Shown piece after piece: positions 35,469-45,505 of a stretch of DNA of 64,000 bases; the stretch's first letter is position 1, and the number at the start of each line of letters is the position of its first letter. The notes beneath the pieces were generated by a model, which did not search any database, was not told the origin of the DNA, and was given only the letters and a program-made list of their open reading frames with translations. A program made the translations under genes and the position numbers. Source of the DNA: a virus. Taxonomy: Duplodnaviria; Caudoviricetes. The DNA is taken from IMG/VR virus record IMGVR_UViG_3300033069_002007, positions 1 through 64,000 of that record; one strand, written 5' to 3'.

Positions 35469-36831
35469 AATCTCTGACGAAAGGTCTTACTCTCATCTTT
35501 TCTCCTTCAAAAATAAATTCATTTAAAAATAAACCACCATCATTTTGTTTGACACAATGAAACCCTAAAATATCTGGTTCTGCTTCAAATATATGTAACA
35601 TATGGGGAAAGATTCTTTCTTTCAGAAACTTAGGACGATGTAGAATAGATACCATCCTAGCCCTCTGTGCATAAGCGGACCCACCATAGATATCTTCTAG
35701 ATTTGGTCTATAATGATCAAGCTCATCTGGATCTCTCCAGATTTTACCACCTCTTAGTTTAGACTCATTTATTTGACCAATACCTAAACAATGAACTCGA
35801 TGCTTCTTCACTAGTTTATGAAGTCTATCCATTGCTTTTAATATTGTTCTTGGTTCTTGATCACCGAAGTCTGAGACCATATTTAAAACATCTATAGTGA
35901 TATACATATATTCTTCACTATCTTTAAATATTCCTCTCTTCCTAAATATCTCTCTGGCCTTATATAGACCCAAATCGATAGAATCAAATGACAAATCTGG
36001 TTCATCGGTAAACAAGTAATTTTGAACTAAACTATATTCATCACGAATTCTTTTGTAACGAGGATCATTGTAGACATCCATTGGTTTCTTGTTTAGATCC
36101 ATCATAGATATACCAGTTTTCATGGCCATCTGTCTATCACTAGTTGATAGTTCAGACATTTCAATACTAAAGGATACTACAGGGATACCTCGAACAACCA
36201 AATTGTTTTCTAAAGTTTGCTTAACCGCACTTTTACCAGTTCCTCTGAGTGAAACCATCATATGTATTTCACCAGCTGCACCTGGTCTAGTTACATTATC
36301 ATCGATACATTTAAATCCTACTGACTTTTGTTTATCTGGATTTGCTCTATCTAATAGAGTCTTATCCATATTCTCCATCAATTCTTTAGGAGAAAGAAAT
36401 TGTATACCATCGTTCTTTTTTAAAGTAGTTATAATCTGTTCTAGATCAGCAACTATTTCTTCACTGGATACTTCACCTGCTGAGTTTACTTTAGTTGAAA
36501 AAGTTTTAAGTAGACCGACTGACGCTACATTCTTATTATAATCGGTTTTTAAATCACCTAAGTGAACTTCTATATTTGTGAAATCAGAATAACTCTCTTT
36601 TAAATTCTTGATGTCTTTTATAGGAATCGACATCTTTTCTTTTGCTAAAATTATATCCAATGATTCAAGATTGAACCCTAGACCCTCAACTTTCATTATC
36701 TCCAATCCATGAACTATTTTAGAGAGAGTTTCATCTTGAAACAACTCTTTTTGAAAATAATCAACTGAAGAAAAGTTATTTAAATAGTAGGATACTATAA
36801 ACGATTCATTTTTTATATTGTAGTTTTTCAT
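35458..36831 (-). CDS. DnaB/gp41-like replicative helicase
   Basis: Walker A RGTGKS, FSIEMS, ITIDVL, GQINE, GGSAYAQRAR, VKQNDG. Confidence 0.85.
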   Translation of the reverse strand: MKNYNIKNESFIVSYYLNNFSSVDYFQKELFQDETLSKIVHGLEIMKVEGLGFNLESLDIILAKEKMSIPIKDIKNLKESYSDFTNIEVHLGDLKTDYNKNVASVGLLKTFSTKVNSAGEVSSEEIVADLEQIITTLKKNDGIQFLSPKELMENMDKTLLDRANPDKQKSVGFKCIDDNVTRPGAAGEIHMMVSLRGTGKSAVKQTLENNLVVRGIPVVSFSIEMSELSTSDRQMAMKTGISMMDLNKKPMDVYNDPRYKRIRDEYSLVQNYLFTDEPDLSFDSIDLGLYKAREIFRKRGIFKDSEEYMYITIDVLNMVSDFGDQEPRTILKAMDRLHKLVKKHRVHCLGIGQINESKLRGGKIWRDPDELDHYRPNLEDIYGGSAYAQRARMVSILHRPKFLKERIFPHMLHIFEAEPDILGFHCVKQNDGGLFLNEFIFEGEKMRVRPFVRDYEE

Positions 36832-36855
36832 TTTACCAATGAATAATAAATAAGA

Positions 36856-37785
36856 TTAGTCAAAAAAGTCGTCGGTTAATTCTTGTTTACTTTTTAAAAA
36901 GTCAGGTATTGGTAGACCAACACTTTCAAAAAACATTCTGTATTGTATAGGTTGTAAAGAACAATTTTTTATATATGTTTGTATACTTATATCAATAGGT
37001 ACGAAATCAATAAGACTATAATTTCTTCTAACTGTTTTTAGATTTTGTTTTAAACTATTTACTGTTTTAACTTCTAATTTGTTAGGTTGTTGTAAATATG
37101 AAACGAAGTCATCCCATGATTTAAAATTATATGCATCATTACAAATGAGTTCAACATCAGACTTAGGTACATGTGAACAACCAACTGGTATGTGATCTGA
37201 AGGATCACCCTTAATTGCTTTATATATTTTTATTCCTTCTTCACTAGGAAAGAAATTAAACTTAGAGAAAAACTCATCTACAGTATAAAGTATATCCCAG
37301 TTAAACCAATGTATATTGGTACTCAACATTCTAGACCAATCTAAGTCATTGGATACCAATAAAACTTGATTGTTTAGATCAATACTAAGACTTTCAATCA
37401 ATGGTTTTACAAGATCGTCTGCTTCTAATGACCCTGCCATCAATATTTTATACTTATCTGAGGATACTTTAAGCATCTCAATAAAGAAGTTGTGATATTT
37501 GTATAAGTCTTTATCTGCTAATATTTTATCACGATTAGACTTATAATTAGGATCGATCTCTTTTCGTAAGTTTATCTGAGATTGTGAATTATCAAAAAGG
37601 AAATATATTAGTGTATCGTCTGTTGACCATTTACTAGTTAAATCTTTAACTAACTGCGAACAACACTTTATGACATAATAACCTAAACTATGTTTTTGTA
37701 TCGCAGAATATTCTAATCCACCTAAGTAAAAACATCTATGAAAAAGATTTGATCCATCAACGATTAAATATTTATACTTATTCAC
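36856..37785 (-). CDS. 5'-3' exonuclease / flap endonuclease (T4 RNase H-like)
   Basis: IVDGSNL, LEADDL, SNDLDW, KGDPSDHIP. Confidence 0.88.
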   Translation of the reverse strand: MNKYKYLIVDGSNLFHRCFYLGGLEYSAIQKHSLGYYVIKCCSQLVKDLTSKWSTDDTLIYFLFDNSQSQINLRKEIDPNYKSNRDKILADKDLYKYHNFFIEMLKVSSDKYKILMAGSLEADDLVKPLIESLSIDLNNQVLLVSNDLDWSRMLSTNIHWFNWDILYTVDEFFSKFNFFPSEEGIKIYKAIKGDPSDHIPVGCSHVPKSDVELICNDAYNFKSWDDFVSYLQQPNKLEVKTVNSLKQNLKTVRRNYSLIDFVPIDISIQTYIKNCSLQPIQYRMFFESVGLPIPDFLKSKQELTDDFFD

Positions 37786-38281
37786 TATCAGTTTCTACTT
37801 CAGGAAATTCGCCAGAGCTTTCAATTTTGTTTATAAAACTGATAACATTCTTAGCTTTATTAAATTGTTCAGAACTTATATTTTTAATTTCCTTTTCTTT
37901 TGGTTTTGGTTCTACTTCACCTCTTTCGCCTATCGGAGCAGAAGGGGTTCCTTTACTAGCTTGAAGTATAGATCCTAGTAAATCAGAATCTACTTTAGAT
38001 AACTCCTTTATAAGTAATATAAGAGTTCCTGTTGAAATATCATTTAAGTTCTGTTCATTTTCAGGATCAGGATTCAGTCGAGAACTTAAAATCTCACTAG
38101 CTCTTGTTATCAAACTCTGAGTAGTTTCAGCTTTTCTCATTTTAGCTCTAGTTAATCTAATGAGTTCTAAGTTAGCTAGTTGCTTTTCTTTAACTATCTG
38201 ATCCATTAAGTTGACTTCTCGTTTAGTCACTTCTTCAAAAAAATCATCACCTGACAAAATTTCTTTTTTATTCTCGTCCAT
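37778..38281 (-). CDS. hypothetical helical protein
   Basis: coupled ORF. Confidence 0.55.
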   Translation of the reverse strand: MDENKKEILSGDDFFEEVTKREVNLMDQIVKEKQLANLELIRLTRAKMRKAETTQSLITRASEILSSRLNPDPENEQNLNDISTGTLILLIKELSKVDSDLLGSILQASKGTPSAPIGERGEVEPKPKEKEIKNISSEQFNKAKNVISFINKIESSGEFPEVETDSE

Positions 38282-38675
38282 TTTGTATGTCCTCTATAAC
38301 ATTTAGTATCCTATTTGCTAACTGTTTCCTTAAACTGGATACTCTTTTACCTAAACTAATTGAATCGTCTTCAATTTTGTAACCATAGGATTCTATTATT
38401 GTCTTGGATTCAGAAAAGGATAAGTTTTTAACATCCATCAGATAATAAAATAGACCTAATATGGTTGATCGTTTAAAATCTTCAACTGTAGGTATTCTTA
38501 TGTTTGCACCGTTGTAATAGTTTATAAGATTGTTTAAACTTTCTTCATCTAATAATTTAGATAACATAAACAAGTCATTCTTATTACCGCTTTCCAGTTC
38601 ATATACTAAAAAGGTTATGGAGTTCAACATTTGTAAATTTAGTTCTGATACTAAATCTTTTACTTGTTCTGTCAT
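38268..38675 (-). CDS. Mor-like helical protein (putative)
   Basis: LINYYNGANIRIP resembles Mor-family LxxxxGGxxIYIP. Confidence 0.35.
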   Translation of the reverse strand: MTEQVKDLVSELNLQMLNSITFLVYELESGNKNDLFMLSKLLDEESLNNLINYYNGANIRIPTVEDFKRSTILGLFYYLMDVKNLSFSESKTIIESYGYKIEDDSISLGKRVSSLRKQLANRILNVIEDIQNGRE

Positions 38676-39463
38676 GATTTTGCTGATGCTATAATCTTAT
38701 TTTTTAATCTATTCAGTAGTCGTAAGAATCTACTCTTACCTTCTATACCTGAGGATTGAAAAAACTTATTATATCCTTTCTCTCCATTCTTTAAAAAATT
38801 ATTTAGAGCTAACAATAGTTTGAATTGTATTTCTTTGTGAGAATAAATATCCTTAACTAATGTCTCATATAAGTCACGTATGAAATCACTTGATTCAGTA
38901 TTTCTAACCGTTTCTAAATTGATTTTACAATAGTGTCCGACAACGAATTTATCCTTACCGTCATCATCAGTTTCATGTATTGAATGACTTCCAGTATCAT
39001 GTTCTGATTTATGGAAGATACTTTCTTTCAGTTTATACATTGCGTATTCAGCAAAACTTGAATTTATTTTGAATTCTGGTTTTTCGTAATAGTTAAAAAA
39101 TATTTTACAAGTAGCAGCATGCGAATGATATTCGATGTCGTCAGGATCATTGACTATATTTGTGAAGTGTTTTAAAAGAAGGGATCGATTATATGTTTTG
39201 TAAAGAATATATAGGTTAGTTGATGCTTCTTCTGTTCGATTTTCTAAGAAGATATCTTGTAATACTTTTAATTTTATTTCTGTTTCAGGTAATACACAAT
39301 AGATTTGTCTACAAGAAGGACAAGCTAATTGTTCTTGTTTCCAAGCTAACTTTTCTTCTTTGGGGACTCTAAATTGAAATGAGCAATACCTACAAGTTAT
39401 AGGTTTACCTTTTACTGGGGAAACTGATTTGTCATCTGCGGGATAAAATTTGAATTTTACCAT
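38672..39463 (-). CDS. zinc-ribbon plus sigma-region-2-like protein (candidate phage sigma factor)
   Basis: CRYC/CPSC; SSFAEYAMYKLKESI resembles sigma region 2.3-2.4 KFSTYATWWIRQAI. Confidence 0.4.
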   Translation of the reverse strand: MVKFKFYPADDKSVSPVKGKPITCRYCSFQFRVPKEEKLAWKQEQLACPSCRQIYCVLPETEIKLKVLQDIFLENRTEEASTNLYILYKTYNRSLLLKHFTNIVNDPDDIEYHSHAATCKIFFNYYEKPEFKINSSFAEYAMYKLKESIFHKSEHDTGSHSIHETDDDGKDKFVVGHYCKINLETVRNTESSDFIRDLYETLVKDIYSHKEIQFKLLLALNNFLKNGEKGYNKFFQSSGIEGKSRFLRLLNRLKNKIIASAKS

Positions 39464-39468
39464 TATGT

Positions 39469-39494
39469 AAGACTTGGGAATTACCCCAAGTCTT
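39469..39494 (-). promoter_or_regulatory. 10-bp hairpin between SD-like GAGGT and ATG
   Basis: AAGACTTGGG-GTAATT-CCCAAGTCTT. Confidence 0.6.
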
Positions 39495-39505
39495 GTACCT
39501 CACTT

Positions 39506-40336
39506 TTAATTTAACACGAATTCACCAACCGTAAGCTTCGTATTTATTAGATCCCAAAATCTTGTGTTAAAATTGATTTCTACATCAATATTTCTCAATT
39601 GTTTTGTTTTGATGATTCTAATACTACCATCTTTAGTTGTTTTAAAACCTTCACCTTCAAGTCCACCTTTAACTAAATTCTCTTGAATTCGATTGTAGAC
39701 TTTCCAGAGGTCATTTCCAACATCCTCTTTTCTTCTAGGAGCTAGAATCTTTTCAACTAGAATTTTAGGAATATAATTACTCCATCTGATTTGACTAGCT
39801 AATTCAGCAAGATAAACTTGCTCATCTTGGGAAAGATTGACTGCTTTCAAAGCATCTACTCTATTTGCAACATTTGAAAAATTATCAACGAATTGATTTA
39901 ACATCGGTTTGATATCTTTAATGTTTTTTATAGAGTGTTTGATATCGATTCTACCAAAGGATGAATCTCTAACAATTAATCCATTTAAACAAGCTAATCT
40001 CATAAATCCGGTTTCAATCTGAAGTTTAGATGATCCATCATGTGAATTGACTAGATACAATTCAGGAACTAACTCACCAACAATAGCTGGTTTAGTCTGG
40101 TCTTTAAGTCTAAACTTTGCATAATGCTTTGAAAACGAATTTACTTTGGAAACATCTAATGTCCTCTTGTTATGACCTTTCTGACCATAAGAATATGGAT
40201 CCCAACCTTCAGTATCTAGGAAATCCAGAATTTCTTTCGTGTTGAAATGACCATATTTCTTAGTGACTTTAGGTGATGGAACATTAGAAAAGAATGCAGG
40301 GGTGGTAGTAATATCTAGGGTTTCAAAATTTTTCAT
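39506..40336 (-). CDS. DUF932/DUF945-family protein
   Basis: LVNSHDGSS...RLACLNGL...PRRKED..NDLWKVYNRIQENL. Confidence 0.85.
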   Translation of the reverse strand: MKNFETLDITTTPAFFSNVPSPKVTKKYGHFNTKEILDFLDTEGWDPYSYGQKGHNKRTLDVSKVNSFSKHYAKFRLKDQTKPAIVGELVPELYLVNSHDGSSKLQIETGFMRLACLNGLIVRDSSFGRIDIKHSIKNIKDIKPMLNQFVDNFSNVANRVDALKAVNLSQDEQVYLAELASQIRWSNYIPKILVEKILAPRRKEDVGNDLWKVYNRIQENLVKGGLEGEGFKTTKDGSIRIIKTKQLRNIDVEINFNTRFWDLINTKLTVGEFVLN

Positions 40337-40398
40337 ACTTGTACCTCAAAACTATTTAATCTCATATTTAAATCATAAATAAGTTTTTTCAGTTTTAA

Positions 40399-41037
40399 TT
40401 AAAAAAGTGAATTTTCCTCGGAATTTGAATAAAATTTCCACTTAAATCCATAAGCGGTCTCTCTTTCTCCCTGACAACATTCGGAAATATCTGCTTTATG
40501 GCCTAGAATCCCTAAATACTTCTTAGCTTCAGCAATACTGGAATAACTCTTGATTTCCTCATTTGTAATCGGATCAATCTGAATAACTCCTTTTTTTGAA
40601 AAATCAAATGAGTCCTTCGATCTATTTGCTGCAATATATTGATTCCATTTATCTTTACTATCCTTCATTTTTAAAATGATTAAGTTGCCAAGTTTAAAAA
40701 ACTCATCTAGATCAACTCTAGTTATAGTAGGATAATTATCAGCATGAAAATTTGATTCCATGAATTCATCCAATACTAGTTTCAGGGATTCTAGTAAATT
40801 TGTTTCAATATATTCTTTTAATTCTTTTTTAGTAAAGTATAGTTTACTTTTTTTACTAATACATAATTCTTGAATATTAGAATACTGATCATGTATCCAA
40901 AAATCAAAGGATAATTTATCCAAATCATTTACAGTATTAGTTTTTTGTTTTCCTCTGAGTTGATTATTGGAAACTTGACTTGCTAAATACTTATTTGTTG
41001 AATGTTGAAATAGCGTCTCAATACTGTCTGTTACCAT
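40399..41037 (-). CDS. NUMOD1 DNA-binding domain protein (homing-endonuclease-related)
   Basis: KGVIQID...YSSIAEAKKYLG...ISECCQGERETAYGFKWKF; no recognisable nuclease motif in the N-terminal part. Confidence 0.65.
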   Translation of the reverse strand: MVTDSIETLFQHSTNKYLASQVSNNQLRGKQKTNTVNDLDKLSFDFWIHDQYSNIQELCISKKSKLYFTKKELKEYIETNLLESLKLVLDEFMESNFHADNYPTITRVDLDEFFKLGNLIILKMKDSKDKWNQYIAANRSKDSFDFSKKGVIQIDPITNEEIKSYSSIAEAKKYLGILGHKADISECCQGERETAYGFKWKFYSNSEENSLF

Positions 41038-41477
41038 AAAACTGATCCTTCCATTTCTTTATTTTTATAAATTGTCCAATCCCAGGTTAACATCTTGATC
41101 CAACCGATCATGTCCTGTCTAGGAAAAGGTGAATTCATTTTTAGTAATTCAGCTTCTCCTAGTTTTTCAAACTGTTGAATGATAGGAATCGGATCTAACT
41201 TCTTATCAAATAGGTTTAGTTCTAATCTGGTTCTAATATAATTGTCAGTTGTTATTTGTTTAACTAAACCTTGAGTCATTCCCAAGTCAGTTAAGATTTG
41301 ATACATTTTAAAACCATCAACAATATTATTATTCTGATCTATGATTATTGGTCTCAACTGACCAAATTCAGTAATTGATCGTCTCAGACAAAAATCATCG
41401 CTTTGACAATTATATCTTAGTTCAAAAACTAAGTCAGTCTTTAAAGTATTTAAGTCTTGTTTAATCATTCCATTCAA
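41031..41477 (-). CDS. ParB/Srx-like protein
   Basis: SITEFGQLRPIIID...IVDGF. Confidence 0.65.
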   Translation of the reverse strand: MNGMIKQDLNTLKTDLVFELRYNCQSDDFCLRRSITEFGQLRPIIIDQNNNIVDGFKMYQILTDLGMTQGLVKQITTDNYIRTRLELNLFDKKLDPIPIIQQFEKLGEAELLKMNSPFPRQDMIGWIKMLTWDWTIYKNKEMEGSVLW

Positions 41478-42333
41478 CCCCTCTGATCTTCCAAAGATCA
41501 GTTAATATCTGTTCGTATTTCGTATAGAAGTCTATACTGTATATCAATCTATTATTGTAATTTAACTTTCCCTTTTCAGGGAAGTGATCATAGAAATCAG
41601 GAGGAAATAGTTTAGTCTTGAATGAACTAAAGTCAATATCATATCCTTTATATTTCATCATGTCTTGAGCATATACCGAACCAGTCTTAGTTCCATTTAA
41701 CCAAGAAGTTGAATCAACACTATACCAAGGATAAGTTTTCAAGACTTCATCTGCTGTTTGACCGAGACCATGAAACTTTCTTTTATATTTAGAATTGATT
41801 TTAAATACGATATCTAGATACTCAAACATTTGTTTTCTAGAGATAGCATTTCCTGATGATGAACCACCTAGAAAAACATACTCATATTTTTCCAAATAGT
41901 CTTCCAATATATCTAATCGATTCCATCTTCTTTGATATACAGGAACAGGAGTCAGACCTGCTTCCTCAAGAGCTTTTGTATTCTCATCAGTAACTCTAAT
42001 TGAATAGTCAATGTATTCTTGTGATACTATTCCTTGCATCGGAATATCTAGAGTTACATATGCACAGAATTTACTACCATGCTTATGAAGGAAGTCAATA
42101 TAATCTTGTAGCGAGAAATCAATTACCCCAGTACTTCTAGAGAAGGCTCCTGAATCTAACATGATTCTCTTTCCACCACAGTAGGTAAAAAGATCATCAA
42201 CCATTTTATCTACTCTATCTGGATTGGATTTACTTCTAACAAAGAAAGCAAACGTAACTAAATAGTTATTATGTTCTCTATTTGTAAAGTCAAGTATACC
42301 TTTACCTTCTATACCTGCTAAGTGTATATTCAT
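41461..42333 (-). CDS. dpdA: DpdA/TGT-like 7-deazaguanine DNA transglycosylase
   Basis: MLDSGAFS, YVTLDI, PVPVY, FLGG, FHGLG, PWYSVDSTSW; in a folE/queD/queE cluster. Confidence 0.7.
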   Translation of the reverse strand: MNIHLAGIEGKGILDFTNREHNNYLVTFAFFVRSKSNPDRVDKMVDDLFTYCGGKRIMLDSGAFSRSTGVIDFSLQDYIDFLHKHGSKFCAYVTLDIPMQGIVSQEYIDYSIRVTDENTKALEEAGLTPVPVYQRRWNRLDILEDYLEKYEYVFLGGSSSGNAISRKQMFEYLDIVFKINSKYKRKFHGLGQTADEVLKTYPWYSVDSTSWLNGTKTGSVYAQDMMKYKGYDIDFSSFKTKLFPPDFYDHFPEKGKLNYNNRLIYSIDFYTKYEQILTDLWKIRGVEWND

Positions 42334-43493
42334 GTTCTTTCCATTATAGTTCGTATATAATCATAATCTGTCCAGATATTGAATTCTTTTTCTATATCAT
42401 TATACATAATATAACTTTCAAATTTTCTTCCCATATCTGAGACTTCTAAAATATTGTGATTATAGGCTGAACCTTGGTCATAACTAGTCATTTGATCTAA
42501 CGCTTTAACTGCAGTTTTCAATACAAATGGAACATACAACTCATGACTACCAACTCTAGACATACATTCAGGGAAACTTCTAAAGTTAGGGTATACTAAA
42601 TTGCAATTAAAATTTGCTGCTTCTAGAAGAGTCCAAGATACATAATCTTGAAGAGAACAATTAAATTGTATATTTGACTCACGTAAGATGCTGTAATATT
42701 CTTCTTTGGATAAATCATTAGCTAAAATAAATCTTGGTTGTCTCTTAGCTAAGGCATATAACTCATAAATAATTCTAAGATCATCTGACCTAAACTTAGA
42801 ACTTGAAGTAGTACAAATCCAAGTATAACTTGGTTGCCATTTTAAAAATTCTTCTGCAACTTTAATCATAAATGACGGATTCTTTTCAGTATTCATTCTT
42901 GATGAAAATACTACTTGTTTTTTCTTTACTATTTTACCCTCAGGTTTTACATCCTCTTTATCTATCGGTAAAGACATAACATGAATAGGAGCTTTGAATC
43001 CTGCTGCTCGTAGTTGATCTCTATGAATAGTTGAACCAACAAATATACCAGAATGAACTTTATCTATTCCTAATTCAAAGTCTCGCATCCATGATTTCAT
43101 AGAGTAAGTGAAATCATACTCATCTACTGATTGTGCATGAAGCATACTATAAGTCTTTACTTTGATACCATAGAGATTCAAAGCATAATAGATAGCTTCT
43201 ATACCAGGAGTCCAGAAGTCCTGAAAAAAGAGGATATCATTCTCTCGAACTAATCCTTTCTCCAAGAAATTCTCCAAGAAGTTTTGTATCTGAGAGAATG
43301 AATATACTGAACGACCAACTGAATCTAAAACGTGACCTACGTTGATATCCTTCTCTTGAAGTTCTTTTCCCTTAATAGTTTCAACTTTCCAAGGGAATTG
43401 TTTGAATGAGTTAGGCATCCAGATTTCACAAAGTTGTTGGGTATATCTTGATTTAACTGATTCTAAAGGAAAGTAAAATAATGTTCTACTCAT
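42330..43493 (-). CDS. GT-B (GT4-like) glycosyltransferase
   Basis: VFSSRMNTEKNP, EYYSIL, WTLLEA...LVYPNFRSFPE; start MSRTLF at 43493 by ATGA overlap. Confidence 0.75.
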   Translation of the reverse strand: MSRTLFYFPLESVKSRYTQQLCEIWMPNSFKQFPWKVETIKGKELQEKDINVGHVLDSVGRSVYSFSQIQNFLENFLEKGLVRENDILFFQDFWTPGIEAIYYALNLYGIKVKTYSMLHAQSVDEYDFTYSMKSWMRDFELGIDKVHSGIFVGSTIHRDQLRAAGFKAPIHVMSLPIDKEDVKPEGKIVKKKQVVFSSRMNTEKNPSFMIKVAEEFLKWQPSYTWICTTSSSKFRSDDLRIIYELYALAKRQPRFILANDLSKEEYYSILRESNIQFNCSLQDYVSWTLLEAANFNCNLVYPNFRSFPECMSRVGSHELYVPFVLKTAVKALDQMTSYDQGSAYNHNILEVSDMGRKFESYIMYNDIEKEFNIWTDYDYIRTIMERT

Positions 43494-43828
43494 CTTGATA
43501 CTCCACCACAATTTTCCATATCTTCCCAGACTTCACATTCGAGTAGATCAAACTTATTCAAAAGAGTTTCTGCTAACATTTCACAAGAAGTTGATCCTAG
43601 TTGTAAAGCATGATTACTCATTGTATAAGTATAATTTATAAAGTGTTTAATATCATGACCTAACTTTATGAACTCAACATCTCGATCTAGATGTTTGACT
43701 TCTTTCTTTGCTATGATTGTAAATATATGACGATGTGGATATTTTAAATAAGCTACTTCTTCTAAATGACAACTTGCCCAATTATGAATACCTTCAAATG
43801 AAACTTTTGCTTTTATGAACTTTTGCAT
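43490..43828 (-). CDS. second QueD-like T-fold protein (candidate DpdL-type)
   Basis: FEGIH, PHRHIF, SCEMLA, VWEDMEN. Confidence 0.55.
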   Translation of the reverse strand: MQKFIKAKVSFEGIHNWASCHLEEVAYLKYPHRHIFTIIAKKEVKHLDRDVEFIKLGHDIKHFINYTYTMSNHALQLGSTSCEMLAETLLNKFDLLECEVWEDMENCGGVSR

Positions 43829-43844
43829 CTTATAACTCCTAGTT

Positions 43845-43872
43845 AAAAACCAGGGTTACGGATAACCCTGGT
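43845..43872 (-). terminator. Rho-independent terminator inside the deazaguanine cluster
   Basis: ACCAGGGTTA-TCCG-TAACCCTGGT followed by TTTT. Confidence 0.8.
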
Positions 43873-43883
43873 AAAATTAAATT

Positions 43884-44102
43884 CTAAACTGAATAGAAAA
43901 CCATTTTTCCTTTAGTCGATTTGTCTCGACGACAAAGACCTTTCTTTTCAAGGTTTCTAAGATTTGTTTTTGCCTTAGAAATTTCAACGCCTGACTCTTG
44001 AACTAGAACGTCAATAGTCTTTCCTTCAGATGATAGAAGACCTTTAAGCTTTTCAGCAGTCTCACTCAATTTTTTTTCTTTTGCTTTAGTTTCTGTTTCC
44101 AT
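43884..44102 (-). CDS. small winged-helix HTH protein
   Basis: KTIDVLVQESGVEISKAKTNLRNLEKKGLCRR. Confidence 0.6.
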   Translation of the reverse strand: METETKAKEKKLSETAEKLKGLLSSEGKTIDVLVQESGVEISKAKTNLRNLEKKGLCRRDKSTKGKMVFYSV

Positions 44103-44173
44103 CAGAACACTCCTTTAAGACTTTATTACGTATATCATAAATAGGAAAAGTTAAAAGTTTATAGTTTAAGTAA

Positions 44174-44755
44174 CTATTTTAATTTTTCAACAAAAAAGTA
44201 AAATTCTTCACGAGCCTCAGGACGATCTTTAAATGCTCCTGATAGTTTTGAAGTCTTCATAGTTGAATCATGTTTGACTCCTCGAACACATGCACACATA
44301 TGATTTGCTTCCAGAAGTACTGCTACTCCTAAATTCTCTTCACAGATTCTATTTATGTAATCATGTATCTGCATAGTAAGATTTTCTTGTACCTGAGGTC
44401 TACGAGCAAACCATTCAACGATACGATTCAGTTTTGATAACCCTATGACTTTTCCTTCAGGACTAGGAATATATGCTACATGTGCTTTACCAATGAATGG
44501 AAGAACATGATGACTACACATACTATTGAGTACAATATTACCTTGAAATACAATACCATCATATTTGTCTATGTTTGGAAATGCTTGAGCATTTGGTTCT
44601 TTCTCATAACAACCTTGAAATAAATCCTCTACAAATGCTTTTGATACTCTCTTAGGAGTATCTTTCATGTGAGGATTTGTTTTCCAATCATCGAACCCTA
44701 GTGCTTCTAGGAACTGACCGTAGGCTTCTTGTGCTTTTTCTAAATTGTAATTCAT
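44174..44755 (-). CDS. folE: GTP cyclohydrolase I
   Basis: [38 protein letters not shown]. Confidence 0.95.
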   Translation of the reverse strand: MNYNLEKAQEAYGQFLEALGFDDWKTNPHMKDTPKRVSKAFVEDLFQGCYEKEPNAQAFPNIDKYDGIVFQGNIVLNSMCSHHVLPFIGKAHVAYIPSPEGKVIGLSKLNRIVEWFARRPQVQENLTMQIHDYINRICEENLGVAVLLEANHMCACVRGVKHDSTMKTSKLSGAFKDRPEAREEFYFFVEKLK

Positions 44756-44788
44756 TTAAGTTATATTACCCTTATTGTATATGTATTA

Positions 44789-45505
44789 TTATACTAATCG
44801 TTTTGAGTCATAAATAAAAATATGAAGTCTAGGACTAAATTGCCAACTCATTTCAAATGCTTTGTCCACTACAAAGGCTGACTCCTTAATCATTTCCTCT
44901 CTAGTTGTCCCAAGAGGCATTAGATATATTTTGTGATCAGGAATATCATAATTCTCTACGAATTGTAAAATGGATTCTTTATCCTTTTCCCAAGTAGCTT
45001 CTGAAGTTACGACTTTAAGATTATACCAAGCTGGTAATTTTTCAAAAAGTTTCCAATCTTTAACCCTTGCTCCTGATTCAAGTGATCCAATTTTTGGACT
45101 CAAATCGAAGTGAACATTTTCATTACTTATTACTTCTTCAGGCCAAGATACTGATCCTGTTGTTTCAATATCAAAATAAATTTGTTCCGGAGAGTTTGTT
45201 TGTAAAGATTTTATGAGTTGAGAAATCTGTTCCCGATAAATTTGTGGTTCGCCACCAGTAATCAAAACAGTATCTATATCATTTGCTAATAAATTAAGAT
45301 ACAAATCATTATGTAAATCTATTATCGATACTTCTTGTCTATAGGATGAAAGTCTTGTTTTATCCCAAGTATGATAACTATCACATTGAGGGCATTGAAT
45401 AGGACAACCGTGAACTCTAAGGAGAACCATTTTTCTCCCTATGAGTTCACCTTCACCTTGTACAACTAGATGTAACGGTTCGGACAATATAATTTTTTTA
45501 TTCAC
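44789..45505 (-). CDS. queE: 7-carboxy-7-deazaguanine synthase (radical SAM)
   Basis: QGEG, CPIQCPQCD, TGGEP, IETTG, LSPK, PRLH. Confidence 0.92.
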   Translation of the reverse strand: MNKKIILSEPLHLVVQGEGELIGRKMVLLRVHGCPIQCPQCDSYHTWDKTRLSSYRQEVSIIDLHNDLYLNLLANDIDTVLITGGEPQIYREQISQLIKSLQTNSPEQIYFDIETTGSVSWPEEVISNENVHFDLSPKIGSLESGARVKDWKLFEKLPAWYNLKVVTSEATWEKDKESILQFVENYDIPDHKIYLMPLGTTREEMIKESAFVVDKAFEMSWQFSPRLHIFIYDSKRLV

